DNA of 64,000 nucleotides from Sphyrna mokarran (Eukaryota): assembly GCA_024679065.1 (NCBI GenBank), contig JAGIQG010000004.1:105028001-105092000 (forward strand). The letters run 5' to 3'. The notes below the pieces were generated by a model. That model ran no database searches and was not told the DNA's origin. It saw only the letters and a program-made list of their open reading frames with translations. Made by a program: the position numbers and the translations under genes. Shown here in pieces: positions 51,670-64,000 of the stretch; position 1 is the first letter of the stretch, and the number at the start of each line of letters is the position of its first letter.

Positions 51670-52525
51670 GAGCCCAATTTTACCATTTTAATTCTAAGCG
51701 CTGAATCCAGGAGTGCTTTAGATCTGACTTGTAAACCTGTTCTCTAGTGCCCCGCCATACGCACTCTGCCTGAAAAAAAAGCAGCGGTTTCACATCGTAC
51801 TGCAGAAGTCCGTGGGCAGGGCTTGTTGCATCCGAAACACTGCTTCTCCGATCAGAGTCTTCAACTGCGCATGCGCAGTAAAAAAAATTAGAAAAATACT
51901 CCCCGCCACATTGCTCCTGGGCTGCAAAAAGCAGCCCGGGAGAGATGGCCCACACATACATTGCTCCACTCCAAAAACATAACTGTCCTCCTAATCCACC
52001 TACTCTCTCCCCATTACCTAGCCTGATCCCAACCCTCCTCCCAGAGATCCATCTGGCTTGCCTCCCTCCCACCCCACCAGAGATCCATTTAACCTGCCTC
52101 TCTCCTCCTTCCCCCCCCAACTAGAAAATGATTTGACCCACCTCCCTCCTCTTCCATCCCCTCACCAGATATCCATCTGGCACACCTCCCCATCCCGACC
52201 AAACCCTATCACCACCACCGATCTGAGTTAAAGAGCCACTGAAAGCCCTGAACTTATTTCCTTAGAAACTGAAGCGCCCAAAACAGACCTTTGCAAACCA
52301 TGGCTGTTTCATGTTGAGTCTGGACGGGCGAATGTGGTGGTAAAAGGGGAAATGTCAGTAAGTTTGAGCGTCCAACATACAAAGTCAATTTAAATGCATG
52401 CAATTTGGGCGTGGTCCAGATGCGGTAATTTTAGCCTTTTGGTAAAGAGAGAACGTGCTACTCGCCTCACTTTACCAAATTTTCGCACCCCATAACAGGC
52501 GCAATTTGTTGGTAAAATCGGGCCC
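51670..52525. mobile_element. PIF/Harbinger-type MITE, copy 2 (inverted relative to copies 1 and 3)
   Basis: TIRs GAGCCCAATTTTACCA / TGGTAAAATCGGGCCC; flanks AGA/ATA; extra TIR-like copy ending at 52545. Confidence 0.85.
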
Positions 52526-53267
52526 ATAATGAAAAAATCGAGCCCAGTGTGTAAGATTGAGAATTTAGCAAGAGTGAGAATTTGACACAGTGAGCTTGTG
52601 TTGCTTTTTGTCTCCAATACTTGTGTTCATTTGCATAAACTTGGAGAGTAATTATTTGATGTTGCTGTTCAATGTTTCACTAGTTAGTGCAAGTTAATGT
52701 GCAAAGAGAAAAAGGTTGACAACAAATTAAAACACAGGTACAAATAATCTTGAGTAAGAAAAAGCAGATCACGGAGTCTATATGGACAGCAGTATATGGG
52801 AGTTTGTGGATAGATAGATTTTTCCAAGTGGACACTTCATTTATGGATGTTTTCATGTTGAATTTCTGCAGCTTAGAATCTTTTAGCTGGAGTGTGAATT
52901 GGAGCCATTCCAACATATCAGGGAGGGGGAAAAGATTTTTCCAGACCTCAGTCACATCTCACGGAGAGGTGTTGGACCAAAACAGACTTGGATTTACAGA
53001 TTGTGTAAATTCTGATTTTATTCTAATAAGGGGAAACCCACATGAGTTTGGGAATGAGAATCAACAGAAACTGATCCTATCCAAAGGTATGTTTTATATG
53101 ATACCTGTGGGGGTTAGAATGATAGCTCGAATGACAATCAGGATACTGATTAGGTACCTTAAAAAACAGGCTGATGACACTTTGCCGCTTTATCCTTTCC
53201 ACATAAAAGGGGTGGTTGGAGGGGACTTTTGATATTAAGTGAATGGATAGCAGCGTTTGTAAATACA

Positions 53268-53828
53268 TTTCTTTGGTTAGGCTGAATTTGGAGTATTGCA
53301 TTCAGTTCTGGTCACCATACTACCAGAAGGATGTGGAAGCTTTGGAGAGAGTACAAAAAAGATTCACCAGGATTTGCCTAGTCTGGAAGGTATTGGCTAT
53401 GAAGAGAATTTGGACAAACTAGGATTGTTTTCACTAGAAAGACAGAGGCTGAGGGGAGACCTGATAAAGCTCTACAAAATTATGAGAGAAATAGACAGTG
53501 TGGATAGTCAGAGGCTTTTTCCCAGGGTGGAGGTTTCAATTACAAAAGGGGACAAATTCAAGGTAGGAGAGAGAAAGTTTAAGGGAGATGTGCGGGGCAT
53601 GTTTTTCATGCAGAGCGGTGGGTGTCTGGAAATGTGCTGCCAGAGGAGCTGGTGGAAGCAGACATATTAGCAACGTTTACATGAACAGGGAAAGAATAGA
53701 GGGATATGAACCTAATAAAGTTTTTTAAATTTAGTTAGAGCATCACAATCAACACAGGTTGGGAGGACCAAAGGGCCTGTTTCTATGCTGTATATTTTTT
53801 GTTCTTTGTTCTCTTTATTCTTTGTTAT
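53268..53828 (+). mobile_element. 5'-truncated CR1 3' fragment
   Basis: LEYCIQFWSPYYQKD..LFSLERQRLRGDLI; tail AAGGGCCTGTTTCTATGCTGTA(TTCTTTG)n. Confidence 0.9.
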
Positions 53829-54772
53829 AATTTAAAGGACATTATAAACTGACTTGAAAAGGTATTGGAAAGGGAATGTCCATCATTGTAATCCATGCTG
53901 GCACCAATAAGATATGGAAGAATTGGCAAGAGATCACATTTGGAGAATATCAGGAACAAAGAAAATTTAAAACCAGGATATCAGAGGTGATAATAGTTGC
54001 ATTATTTTCCAAAACTACACATAATTTGGTAATGGTTAATTAATTAGAGATCTATGAGTGTTTAAACAAGTGATGTGGGAACAAGTTCTATTCCAGGGGC
54101 CAATGCCAATGCTGGGACAGGAAGGAACTGTCCTCTTGGAATAGAGTCCACCAGAACTGGGCTGGAGGATAAATAGGACAGTCACAAGGCTTTAAGCTTG
54201 TAAGGAAGTGAAGCATAGTTGGGGGTGGTACACAGGTTAAAAAGGGAATGTAAATAGTAGTTTGAAACCAAGTGAAATGGAAGGGCATAAAGTAACAGCA
54301 CAAAATTATGCTTTATAAACTACAGGTAAAAGGGCAATTGAAATATGTAAAGCAATTAGACCAGAAGAAAAAAATTAAAAATGTGCGAGTGAAATGTTAG
54401 ACCAAATGTATAGGTAAGGAGGGTATATTGCCTGAATAGGCATTCTTTATACAAATTCACAGAACATAAAGAGACAAATTTAATGAACTGAAGATGCAAG
54501 TTCAATATGAATCGTATGACATGGTAGCCATTACTAAAATATGACTACAAGATGATTACAACTCGGAACTAAGTGTGCCTAGCTATTAGATCAGAAAGGG
54601 AAAATTAAAGAGTTGGGGTAGGAGGGGGAGGAGTAACATTAATGATTATGGATGAAATCACTTCAATTATAATAAAAAAAGAAAAAAAAAGTATTGGAGA
54701 TTTAATTCTACCAATAAAGAAATAGAAAAGGGTTTTAGATAATCATGGGAATTCTGTATATGCATCTTCTAG

Positions 54773-55687
54773 CGTACCAGATTAAAAACCTCAAAGTGTA
54801 TTAAGAAGCCAGACTAGACCCCAATGATTTTGTATTTTGGCATTAGTGTGAGGACAAAATGTTTCACTCCAGGTGCGATCACAGTTACACACTGGAAAAC
54901 TTTTAGCAAAACAAATTTTATTTAACAACATTGTTTAATTACAACAAATGAATTAACTTAACTTTTAATAATTGAACAATACTTAAACATGATAAGATAC
55001 AATTTTTAACTGCTAAACTATTGCTGTGAATTCCAATCAAGGAATATTTTTCTTATTTGATTTAATTTATCATTAAATATTGAAAAGTATTGTTTTTTTG
55101 TGCACTATACAGATGGAGTATAATGGTCTAGAGAAGGAGATGAGAAAGTGCAAAATGTAGTGTTACAGTCATAAATTAGCTAGCAAACACAAGTATGCTT
55201 TCTTTGACTTAGTTTGCAAAATTTGATTTTTTGGAACATCCCTAGAGAGAGAGAGCGAGCGCACCAACTGTTTATATTATAAAATGAAACTGAAACTTTT
55301 TCTTTCCTGCAAGCTTAGCTCCTCCCATTAATCAGAATATTTTGTCAATTAACCAAATCAAAAATTCTACTTTAAAATACCAGGGGATCCCAAGTAAACA
55401 CAAATATATTAGTTCTGCTTAAAATGTTAAATCAATCCTAAATTGAAGCCTGGATCAGGTTTGAAGGCACCTTTTTTTAAAAAAAATTTAGTCCCAAGTA
55501 CACAAAGTGTAACTACGTTAAGGTCTCATTCCATGTCCAAAACGAATACTTATCTTGTTCTCCCAGCTACTAATCTAAAGGTTTTCCTAGATAAATCTAC
55601 ACCCTACACAACAGATCTGAATTTGAAACATACCCCTTACAAGAAGCATGATATAAATATATTTCTTAAAAACACAGTATCATCACA
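54773..55687 (-). mobile_element. Solo LTR related to the LTR at 58176-60195, inserted in the old CR1
   Basis: Starts TGTGATG on the minus strand; 54781-54875 aligns with 58190-58280; CR1 EN sequence on both sides. Confidence 0.6.
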
Positions 55688-56397
55688 CAGCAAAGCATCA
55701 GTTTTCAGAGGTAGAACATGTAAATGCTGAAAGTATGAAAATATGTAATAAAATCAAAGTGGTTTTAATAAATGAGTTTAAATTTTGATATGTAATTGTA
55801 AATCTGGATAAGAAACTAACACATGTCAGAATAAAGTGAATTTTTTAAATGTGCCAATAATGGTTTTGATCCCAGAGACAATAAGGGTGAAAGTTTTCTT
55901 AGATTTAGCGATGAGTTTAATTGCTCAGATTTAATTACTAGGTGAACAGTCTGTAAACATACATCTAACAATGATCACAATATGTTCCAATTTAATATTG
56001 TGTTTGAAAGAGAATAATGGAAAATAGTTGCTAAAATTCAAGATTTTGTGTGGCTAACTTTAATTGGATGAGGCAGAGGCTGTCCATTTAATTGAGCAAA
56101 TCAAGTAATGGGCAATAAAAAAAACAGAAGACCAGTTGGAGCTGTTCAAAAACAAACTTAATTTGACGCAGAAACTATTTGGACATCTAAGGGACAAGAG
56201 CACTATTTGTCAAAAAAAGGCCATGAATGGCTAAAGAGGTAAGAGACAAACACACAAAAAGATAAAAAAGGTATAGATCATATTGAATGGGACAGGTACA
56301 AATAATAGCAAACTTTGACAAAACAATGAGAACTACAAAAAGCAATAGGAAGAAACTTGCAAAGGATATCACAATCAATGCAAAACATTTTCACAAT

Positions 56398-56545
56398 GAT
56401 AGAAACATAGAAAAGATAAAAGATAGGAGCAGGAGGAGTCGTTTGCCTCTTTGAACCTATTCCACCATTGATTACGATCATGGCTGATCATCCAACTCAA
56501 AAGCCTAATCCTGCTTTTTTCCCATAACCTTTGATCCCAAAAGAA
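56398..56545 (-). mobile_element. CR1 3' UTR fragment
   Basis: ATAGAAACATAGAA tail, ATAGGAGCAGGAGGAG..GATCATGGCTGATCATCCAAC. Confidence 0.7.
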
Positions 56546-58536
56546 ACATATTAAGTAAAAGGAATTCATCAGCAGCAATGTGAGTCCTTTGAAAATTAGC
56601 ATGATATTGTCAAAATTTGAGGTACAGAAATGAAGAAGACAGGAAAGTCTCTTCTTGCCATCACTTGGGAAGATAAGCACCTACCTTTTCATTGCAGTAT
56701 GGAGAGGAATCTGATGGAATGATCTGTGAGGCCACCCAGTACCTTCCCTTTGACATGTCTCCTGAAACTTCCTTGTCATCTGCCTGACTTCCCCATTTGA
56801 GCTGCAATCCTTCTATTGGACTGAACAATGATCAGCTAGGGTCCACTTTGGATGAAGTACTTTCTCTAGAGTGCAACAGCACCAGCATTGCATGTATATG
56901 CTGACAGAAGTTTGAAACTAGTGGCAAACATGTCAATTCTACAACTAAAATTGCCATTTCTACAATTTTGAAGGTCAAGCCTGGCTCGATAATGGTAGCT
57001 AAAGCCAGAATAACAACTTATCGCCCTCTTTAGTGCATTATCAATGGCAATCTTACATCCATCACTACTGATCGGCAGTGAATACTGATGCAGTTTAGTG
57101 ATTTATTGAAGCTGTGGAGACCAAGAAAACAATGGAAATGCAATGAAGAAATTGCATTTGTGACGTGTTCCATGTGCAATAAAATTAAGAATAAGTAGCA
57201 AAATTAAATGAAGGCCAGAATTCTCCAGCCATTCACTCATTGCCCGCCCGCACTCCCACCCCCACTTCACCGTATAGGGAAAAACCATTTTAGAAATCAA
57301 ATGGTCACAAATTAATTTCAATTAAGTTAAACAAAGCAAAATGGCTGATGGATTTGCCAAAGCTGGCACCATAACAGGGGCAAAATTCAGGTATTGTTTA
57401 AAGGACATGATAGCTCATTCAGAGTCTGGTTATGTGCCTAATTTTAAAAAACGCACTTCACAGTTATAAAATAACTTTGTTCCAAATCAAATTCTCCCAA
57501 TTCAAACCATTAGTTGTTTAATCAGAAATATTTTAAAAAATAAACTAAATTTAGCTTTTAAAAAAAAGGATGGTTCATTTAACAGTTTTTTTTCACTTTT
57601 AGGATCTGACTTAAATCTATCTTGAGTGTAAGAACAAATCTGCTTGCTGATAGCTTTATGAATAATATGAATATTATTCCTTATTTTCTCAAACAAAATA
57701 TGAAGGGGATCTCATTTACTTGAAATTTTTCACTCTGAGGAGCATAAGTGAGGCAAAGGCTGGGATTTCCCAGCCTCACTCCCCAAATATTCCTACCCAA
57801 GATGAAACTTATCCCCCTGCGCTTCCCTACATTTTGGAGACGTAAAATCCCATCCAAAGTGCTGTAACTGACTTGTAAAGGAGATCCAATTGGTTGAGAC
57901 TGCCAATTTATGAAGGGCAATGCTAATGCTCCTGTGGTATATGAATTTAGAAATTTGGCCAAAAAAAGTACTCTAAAATAATTCATTTAATAAGAAGTTT
58001 AATGAAAGCTTTAAAGCATTTGCAATATAATAGAAAGCATAAGCAAACAGTAAATAAAATCTAATTCTTGGTATTTAGGCCTTTTCTTTTCAATCAAGTC
58101 TGTACGTTATGCGATAGAACTAATAATCACATAAAAGAGGGAAAATTTTTCCCTACAGTAATTGATTCCAAATAGTGTTCAGGTTCTGGATTAGACACCA
58201 AGATTTATTATAAAGCCAGACAACGCCTCAACAATTTTTTTATTTTTGCATAAACAAGAGGAAAGAATGCTTCACCCAGGACTAATACCAGCGACAAATT
58301 AGGGATCTAAAACAAGCTTTACTATAACTAACAAACTGAAGCAACTTAATTCTTAACAGTTGAACAACCTTGAAACACTAAAATAAGTAACTCTAATTTC
58401 TAACCTGTCACTATTTCATTTCCAAAAAAGTGACATTCTTGTTATAAACTTAAAACCCACTTCATATATAGTTAGCAACCACAAATATAATGGCTGTAAT
58501 AAGTGTAGACAGCCTTGGAATTTTCAAAAACACATA

Positions 58537-59730
58537 GGGCCCGATTTTACCATTGCATCGTGCCCGTTTACAGGCGCAGAAACTTAGTAAAGGCCATTAA
58601 TATGATCCACGCCTGCATCCACGCAGATGTCCACTTTACCGAAACCCAGGAACGGTGGTGATCGGCTTTGTACTCAAAATGAGTGCAACGGCGATTTAAA
58701 TGCATTTGCACCTATTTAAATTGAATTAATGAACCGCCGGCCCAACTTTATCAACATTTCCCCCTTCACAACTGTGTTTGCCAATCCAGAAGTGCGCTAT
58801 GATAGACCTGCTAAATAAAAGTCTAAATCAGGCACACCAGCTGCTTAAGAGCATGTTCAGTGCTTCCAACGCTCTCCGACACAGATCAAAGTGGCAGGGA
58901 GGAGGGAGGCGGGTCAGATCACCATCTGGCTGGGGGAGGGAGGGGAGTGAGACCAGATCATTGTCTGGTTGGAGGGGAAGGGGAAGGAGGTGGGTCAGAT
59001 GTATCTCTGGTGAGGGGGAGAGTGGGAGACCCGATCGCTCATTTGTGGGGGGGAGGCAGATGTATCTCTGTTGGGAGGGGACGGGGGGGTGCAGGATTGG
59101 GAGACCTGATTGCTCACTTGTGGGGGAGAGGTAGATGGATCTCTGGTGGGTAGAGGCAGATGGATCTCTGGTGCTGGGAGGGGTCAGATGGATCTTGGTG
59201 GGGAGAACAAAGGGGTCCACTGCCACTCTGTGGGCAATCAGTTGGGGAAAGGGGGCAGGGATGGCGATTGGTGTGGGACTTGCAGGGGAGTTGATAAGGG
59301 GGGGCACCAATGAGTGTGAATAGTAGAGGGTTGGTTGGATAAGAGGGACAGCAAAGTGTGTGGGTCGCGGGGGATGGTTGGATAAAGGGGACAGCGATGT
59401 GTGTAGGTATTGGGGGGCAGGTGAATAAGGGGGACAGTGATGTCTGTGGGGACCATCGCTCACACTTTACACTCCTGGGCCGCTTTCTGTGACCCGGGAG
59501 CAATGTGACACAAGTGCCCTTTTTCAAATTTTTTTCTAACTGCGCGCACACAGTTCAGAACTCCGATCATTTTGGGAGTGCTAAACCTGCCAACAGCACG
59601 AATGGGACTGGCAATTTTTCTTTCAGGTTGAGTGCGTACGGGGGCACCTGAAAGCAGATTTCTAAGTTGGATCTGCATTATGCCCACTTACATTATGCTC
59701 ACTTACAATGAAAATGACAAAATTGGTCTC
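58537..59730. mobile_element. PIF/Harbinger-type MITE, copy 3, nested in the LTR
   Basis: TIRs GGGCCCGATTTTACCAT / ATGACAAAATTGGTCTC; flanks ATA/AGA; colinear with 9056-10120. Confidence 0.85.
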
Positions 59731-59985
59731 AGAGTTTTCAGCGACCTGCAAAATGCTCTTAGCTTCAACCAGAACTGCCAAACTCAAACTCTTTTCTGCA
59801 AAGACCTGTTTCTTTCTCTGCTACAGATCTAGGACTGCACATTAATTACAACATTCTTGATCGCGCTAATCTGAAATCCCAGGGTAACTTAAGCAGACAG
59901 AACCCCATTAACTACATTACTTACAATGTTGAAATGAATAATTATTCTGCTGTCAGGTTTTGAGCTGTATTCCTATGAGACATAT

Positions 59986-60111
59986 GGGCTGAAATTTTAC
60001 CAGTACGTCTATCAGATTCCTAGGGTTGGCAAGGCTCGGAGAACAGCATTCTCCATCAGCCTCTGATGGATTGTATAAAACTTGGATGGACGTGCCAGTA
60101 AAATTCCACCC
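59986..60111. mobile_element. Mini MITE (about 125 bp), nested in the LTR
   Basis: TIRs GGGCTGAAATTTTAC / GTAAAATTCCACCC. Confidence 0.6.
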
Positions 60112-60799
60112 ACTATCTACCCGTAGGAAAAAGCTGAATTGTAAAACATTCTCCTGAAAAGTAGAAAAAACACTAATTTACACATTTGCATCACAATTTC
60201 TCCCCCCTTAAAGTAATAAACAAATAATATGAAAAATTGGCTTCATTTTTCTGAAGCCTTTATTTTTTCCCACACTATTAGTGCTCTAAGGGGTAAATCT
60301 TCTTCCATCAAAGAATTCATGGTTAAACAGTAGTATGATCCAGTTTTTTTTTCCAACTTTGAATATTTCATCTTCTTATATCAAGATTGTGATAAAGCAG
60401 CAGCAATTCTGTTCTCTCTTTGTGTCATGTGTATATTCTTGAAATTCAATGATTATAATAATAAGTTTAATCTAAATAGACTTGCATTTTTATCCTTAAA
60501 CCCTTCCAGAAATTTCAGTGCATTATGGACAGTGTAAATAAATTGCCTTAGTTTTCCAGCATCCAGTTAGAAATTTGAGCAATGTCTTCCAGTTATTGTG
60601 GAAGTAAAACAAGAGTTTGAATTTATATTAATTTTCACATTCTCAAAACATCCTCCAAGCTATTCACAACAAATTAATTATTTTGTGTTTCTTATGTAGG
60701 GAACAAAAAGCCAATTAGTGCAATCCTGGATCCCAAAAACAGCAATAGGTTGTAAAGTAGTTAGTTAGCTCCTTTGATGGTAATGTCCGGAAAATCAGG

Positions 60800-60968
60800 A
60801 AACCCGCACATCTTTGGACTGTGGGAGGAAACTAGAGCACCCAGAGGAATCCCATGCAAACTTGGGGTGAACATGCAAACTCCACACAGATAGTGACCCA
60901 AGCCAGGAATTGAACTCGGGTCACTGGCACTATGAAGCTGCAGTGCTAACCACTCTGCCACCGTGCCA
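60800..60968 (-). mobile_element. V-domain SINE (3'-truncated)
   Basis: Minus GGCACGGTGGCAGAGTGGTTAGCACTGC..GAGTTCAATTCC..GTGTGGAGTTTGCATGTTC. Confidence 0.85.
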
Positions 60969-61410
60969 TAATTGTAGCTGTAATTGATTCATGGACAAAT
61001 AAAGGCTTAGGATGAAATATTTTATTGCATTATTTCAATAAATGGAATAATACCAGGAATAATTTTCCTATTTTCAAACTAGATCATATTAATTTGAAAA
61101 GCACATGAACAGTAGAATTCTTAGTGAATTACTGAATAAAATGAAAATTAACTTTCCAGCCAACTTAACTGTAGAATGAGTATTTATGTGATCACTCAAT
61201 TAATTAAAGGGCAATGTGTCAGGAACACGGGAGTTCTCCTGGAGCAGAGACAGACAAACAGCACGTAAGAGTTGCTCAGAGTTAACAAAAAGCCTTTGCT
61301 GCTCTAAGTCTTTGTCATCAGTCATTGGAACCCAACACTTCTACATTAATTATAGAGGCCTAGTTTGTATCAAAGCAAAGTCAAACTGGTTATATTGGTT
61401 CATACATAGT

Positions 61411-61696
61411 CGGGCATCATAGTGCTAGAGAAGTTAGCACTGCTACCTTACAGCATTAGGGATCTGGGTTCAATTCCCAGTTTGGATCACTGCCTGTGCA
61501 ATGTTTGCACATTCTCCCCATGTCAATGTGGGTTTTTTCTGGGTGTTACAGTTCCCTCCCTAAATCCAAATGACATGTTGGCTAGGTGTTCCCGAACAGA
61601 CGCCTGAGTGTGGCAACGAGGAGATTCTCCCAATAACTTCATTATAGTGTTAATATAAGCTTACTTGCCACATTAATAAATAAGCTTTAAAACTTT
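61411..61696 (+). mobile_element. V-domain SINE
   Basis: GGGTTCAATTCCC B box, V domain, tail TAACTTCATTATAGTGTTAATATAAGCTTACTTG..AATAAATAA. Confidence 0.85.
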
Positions 61697-62544
61697 AGCC
61701 CTGTCAGAAGAGGAATCAAGTCTCTCAAGAGGGAAGTTGTCTAAAATTAATTAATTGATGCTAAAATGCTTAACGACAACTACCCAGAGGAGCTAATGAA
61801 TACTTCATAGTGATTTTCTCAGTCAACCCATCAGTCTACATCAACTGCCAGTGTTGTCAAATGCTTCTAGTCTTCCAGAGGACTTGATTTAAACGAATGC
61901 AACAACACTAAATTAAGATTCATTACTCATTTATTAGAACAATGCTTTGCAAATGCCACACAGAGATTTCAGCTAGCCCTTTAAAGTTTTATTTTATTTT
62001 GAAGACTGGAACCAATTCATAAATCATGTTTTGTGTTGGGAGGGGATGAGGGGATGGAAGGAAATTAACTATTATCTCAGCAGACTTCCATGTGTTATAA
62101 TGAGACAATATTGTTCACCTGAGGGCTAAATTTATCACATACTCCCATTAGTAATTAAATAATCCATGATGAGAACAATCAAGACCAATGCTTATTTTCA
62201 ACACAAATGGAGCATCAAGCCTTCAGTCTGATTGCAAACTAGACATCTGCTCAGCCTGATCTTGCTCCAATATTGCAACATTGCCTGAAGTGCAAGCGAA
62301 ACTGTATTGACATATGTACACAGCATTACTGCCATACTTCTGCTGAAGTTAAAACTATGGAGTGCAAACAACGCCAAGAAAATTTCTGACTCATGACACA
62401 GAAATTGTTTTTGTTAGTAGCTGTCATTCATAATAGCTCAACTTTTAAGGAACTATGGTCATGGACAAATTATTTTCTTATTTCATCTAAAATTATACGA
62501 TAGAAACTGTTCCCAAATCTTAAACAAATAATGTTCTTTTAATA

Positions 62545-63255
62545 AGTGAGAATCTAACCATCATCACTTGATATTCCATTATATTACTATCACTGAATTC
62601 CCCACTATCGGCATTCTGGGAGTTACCATTGATCTAAAACGGAACTAGACTAACATGAATACCGTAGCTAATAGAGCACGACAAAGGCGAGGAGTTCTGC
62701 AACATTCCCAAAAGCCTGTCCACCATCTACAGGGCTCAAGTCAGTGACATGATGGAATACTTCCCACTTGTCTAGCTGTGTGCAGCTCCAACAACACTGA
62801 TGAATCCAAATGCCATCCGAGGCAAAATAGCCCACTTGATTGGTACACCTTCCGCAAACATTCAATCCCTCCACCGTCATCAAATAGTGGCTGCAGTGTG
62901 TGCACCATCTACAGGATGCACTGCAGGGACCCACCGAGCATCTATAGACAACACCTTCCAAACCCATGACTACTACCATCTAAAACAACAACAGAAACCT
63001 GGGAACACCGACACTTGGAGATTCCCCTCCAAAACACTTATCATCCCAACTTGGAAATATATAATAATTTCTTCACTATTGTTGGATCAAAATCCTGGAA
63101 CACTCTCTGAAAGCACAATGGGCGTACCTACACTTCAGAACCTACAGTGGTTCGAGAAGGCAGCTCACCACCACCTCTGAAGGGCAACTAGACATCGGCA
63201 GTAAATGCTGATCCAGCCAGTGATACCCACATCGTGTAAATTAATTGGAAAAAAG
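62545..63255 (+). mobile_element. 3' fragment of LINE family B
   Basis: ILGVTID..; tail GCAGCTCACCACCACCTCTGAAGGGCAACTAG..CCCACATCGTGTAAA. Confidence 0.8.
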
Positions 63256-64000
63256 TTTGTCATCATATTTATGATGCAGTAGCAGAAATATTCAACGCCA
63301 TGAAGATCACAGAAAACTGGTCAAGATTTCTGTTCTTATTAACTGTCCCTGCTATAATTCTGCATATGGATATCAGATGCAGTCAATAGACCATTAAGCC
63401 CCTGTGTTAAATGGTCTAATGAGAGTCAAGTGAATAACATATGCATGAATAGTGACCATTTCAGTAGATGTTGGATGTCACCTTGAAAAACCCAGTGGGA
63501 ATTCAATGCATGTGGGGTGGACCAAAAAATATCAGAAATGGCATCAGAAACTAAGCTCTTAGATATATGTAAGCAAAAAGGAAAAATCTTGAGCAGAATT
63601 TTCTTGCTTGTCTTCTGGATCCGCATTTAGACAATGTGCTCCTCACCACGCCACCTTGAATAATATAAATCTGACCCATAATTTACAATCCATGCTCATT
63701 TTCTTTGATATTTGTTCAAATACTCAGCCACTCTGTCTCTGATGATAGACTAATTATTAACATAATCTGGTTATTAGATACCTCAGCAAATCTTCACTTC
63801 TGGCATATTCTTTCCCTGCTTTGATATGTCAATGGAAAATGACGTCATTAAATGATAAAGTTTTAATCAAGCAGTTCTGCAATTGATGAAGTATTTGTAG
63901 CCGCAAATAATTTAGTGAGGAGACAGACTGAGGATTTAAAGAGAGGCAGACTGAGCGGCAAATGATTAACAAGAAATCTGGATCGAATGGTAGTGCATTT

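Larger units (their letters stand above)
52890..56400 (+). mobile_element. Old CR1 with ORF1 esterase and ORF2 endonuclease remnants, hosting two insertions
   Basis: VVGGDF..MDSSVC (about 53212-53262), VIHAGTN (about 53890), LYTNSQNI..YDMVAIT (about 54445-54540). Confidence 0.65.
58176..60540 (-). mobile_element. 3' end of a Gmr1-like Gypsy element (RNase H C-terminus, PPT, 3' LTR)
   Basis: 60381-60539 minus: IYTVHNALKFLEGFKDKNASLFRLNLLL*SLNFKNIHMTQRENRIAAALSQS*; PPT AAGGGGGGAGAAA at 60197-60209; LTR TGTGATG from 60195. Confidence 0.75.

Noticed and set aside
56698-56903. Exon-like segment after CCTTTTCATTGCAG
   Set aside because: In-frame TGA after 29 codons, no clear donor, and an unrecognised peptide.
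58778-59687. Gly- or Pro-rich ORFs (also 9406-10009 and 51680-52120)
   Set aside because: They are artefacts of G-rich MITE cores and are not conserved between homologous copies.
54773-60195. Two related LTRs as the ends of one element
   Set aside because: The PPT and RNase H lie right of 60195, no gag/pol lies between the LTRs, and the left LTR interrupts a CR1.
1-64000. CRISPR array, retron or other prokaryotic defence system
   Set aside because: No regularly spaced repeat-spacer array and no operon-like gene density; all RT sequences belong to eukaryotic LINE or Gypsy elements.

Overview
This is eukaryotic, AT-rich, repeat-dense DNA, most likely from a cartilaginous fish (shark). The taxon is inferred from V-domain SINEs (HE1-like), Deu-domain SINEs (SacSINE1-like) and abundant CR1/HER1-type LINEs. 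I found no host protein-coding gene, RNA gene or prokaryotic system, so the window looks like a gene desert or large intron. Nearly all supplied ORFs are fragments of, or antisense to, transposable elements. The content is CR1 LINEs of several ages, two decayed Gypsy retrotransposons, a Gmr1-like Gypsy remnant, solo LTRs, PIF/Harbinger-type MITEs with a fossil Harbinger Myb/SANT gene, several SINE families, and TE-free blocks with CTCF or homeodomain motifs. The most unusual observations are three. (1) A CR1 lineage, in two independent TSD-flanked copies, has a 3' UTR made of a spacer with a conserved splice acceptor, a captured V-SINE lacking its B box, and a CR1 tail. (2) A LINE begins with a tRNA-like pol III head and has a SINE derivative sharing both ends. 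(3) Very young CR1 copies differ only synonymously over their last 130 codons and sit in targets matching their own 3' tail repeat. Boundaries were read by eye and are approximate unless a TSD or TIR is quoted; novelty could not be checked against databases.
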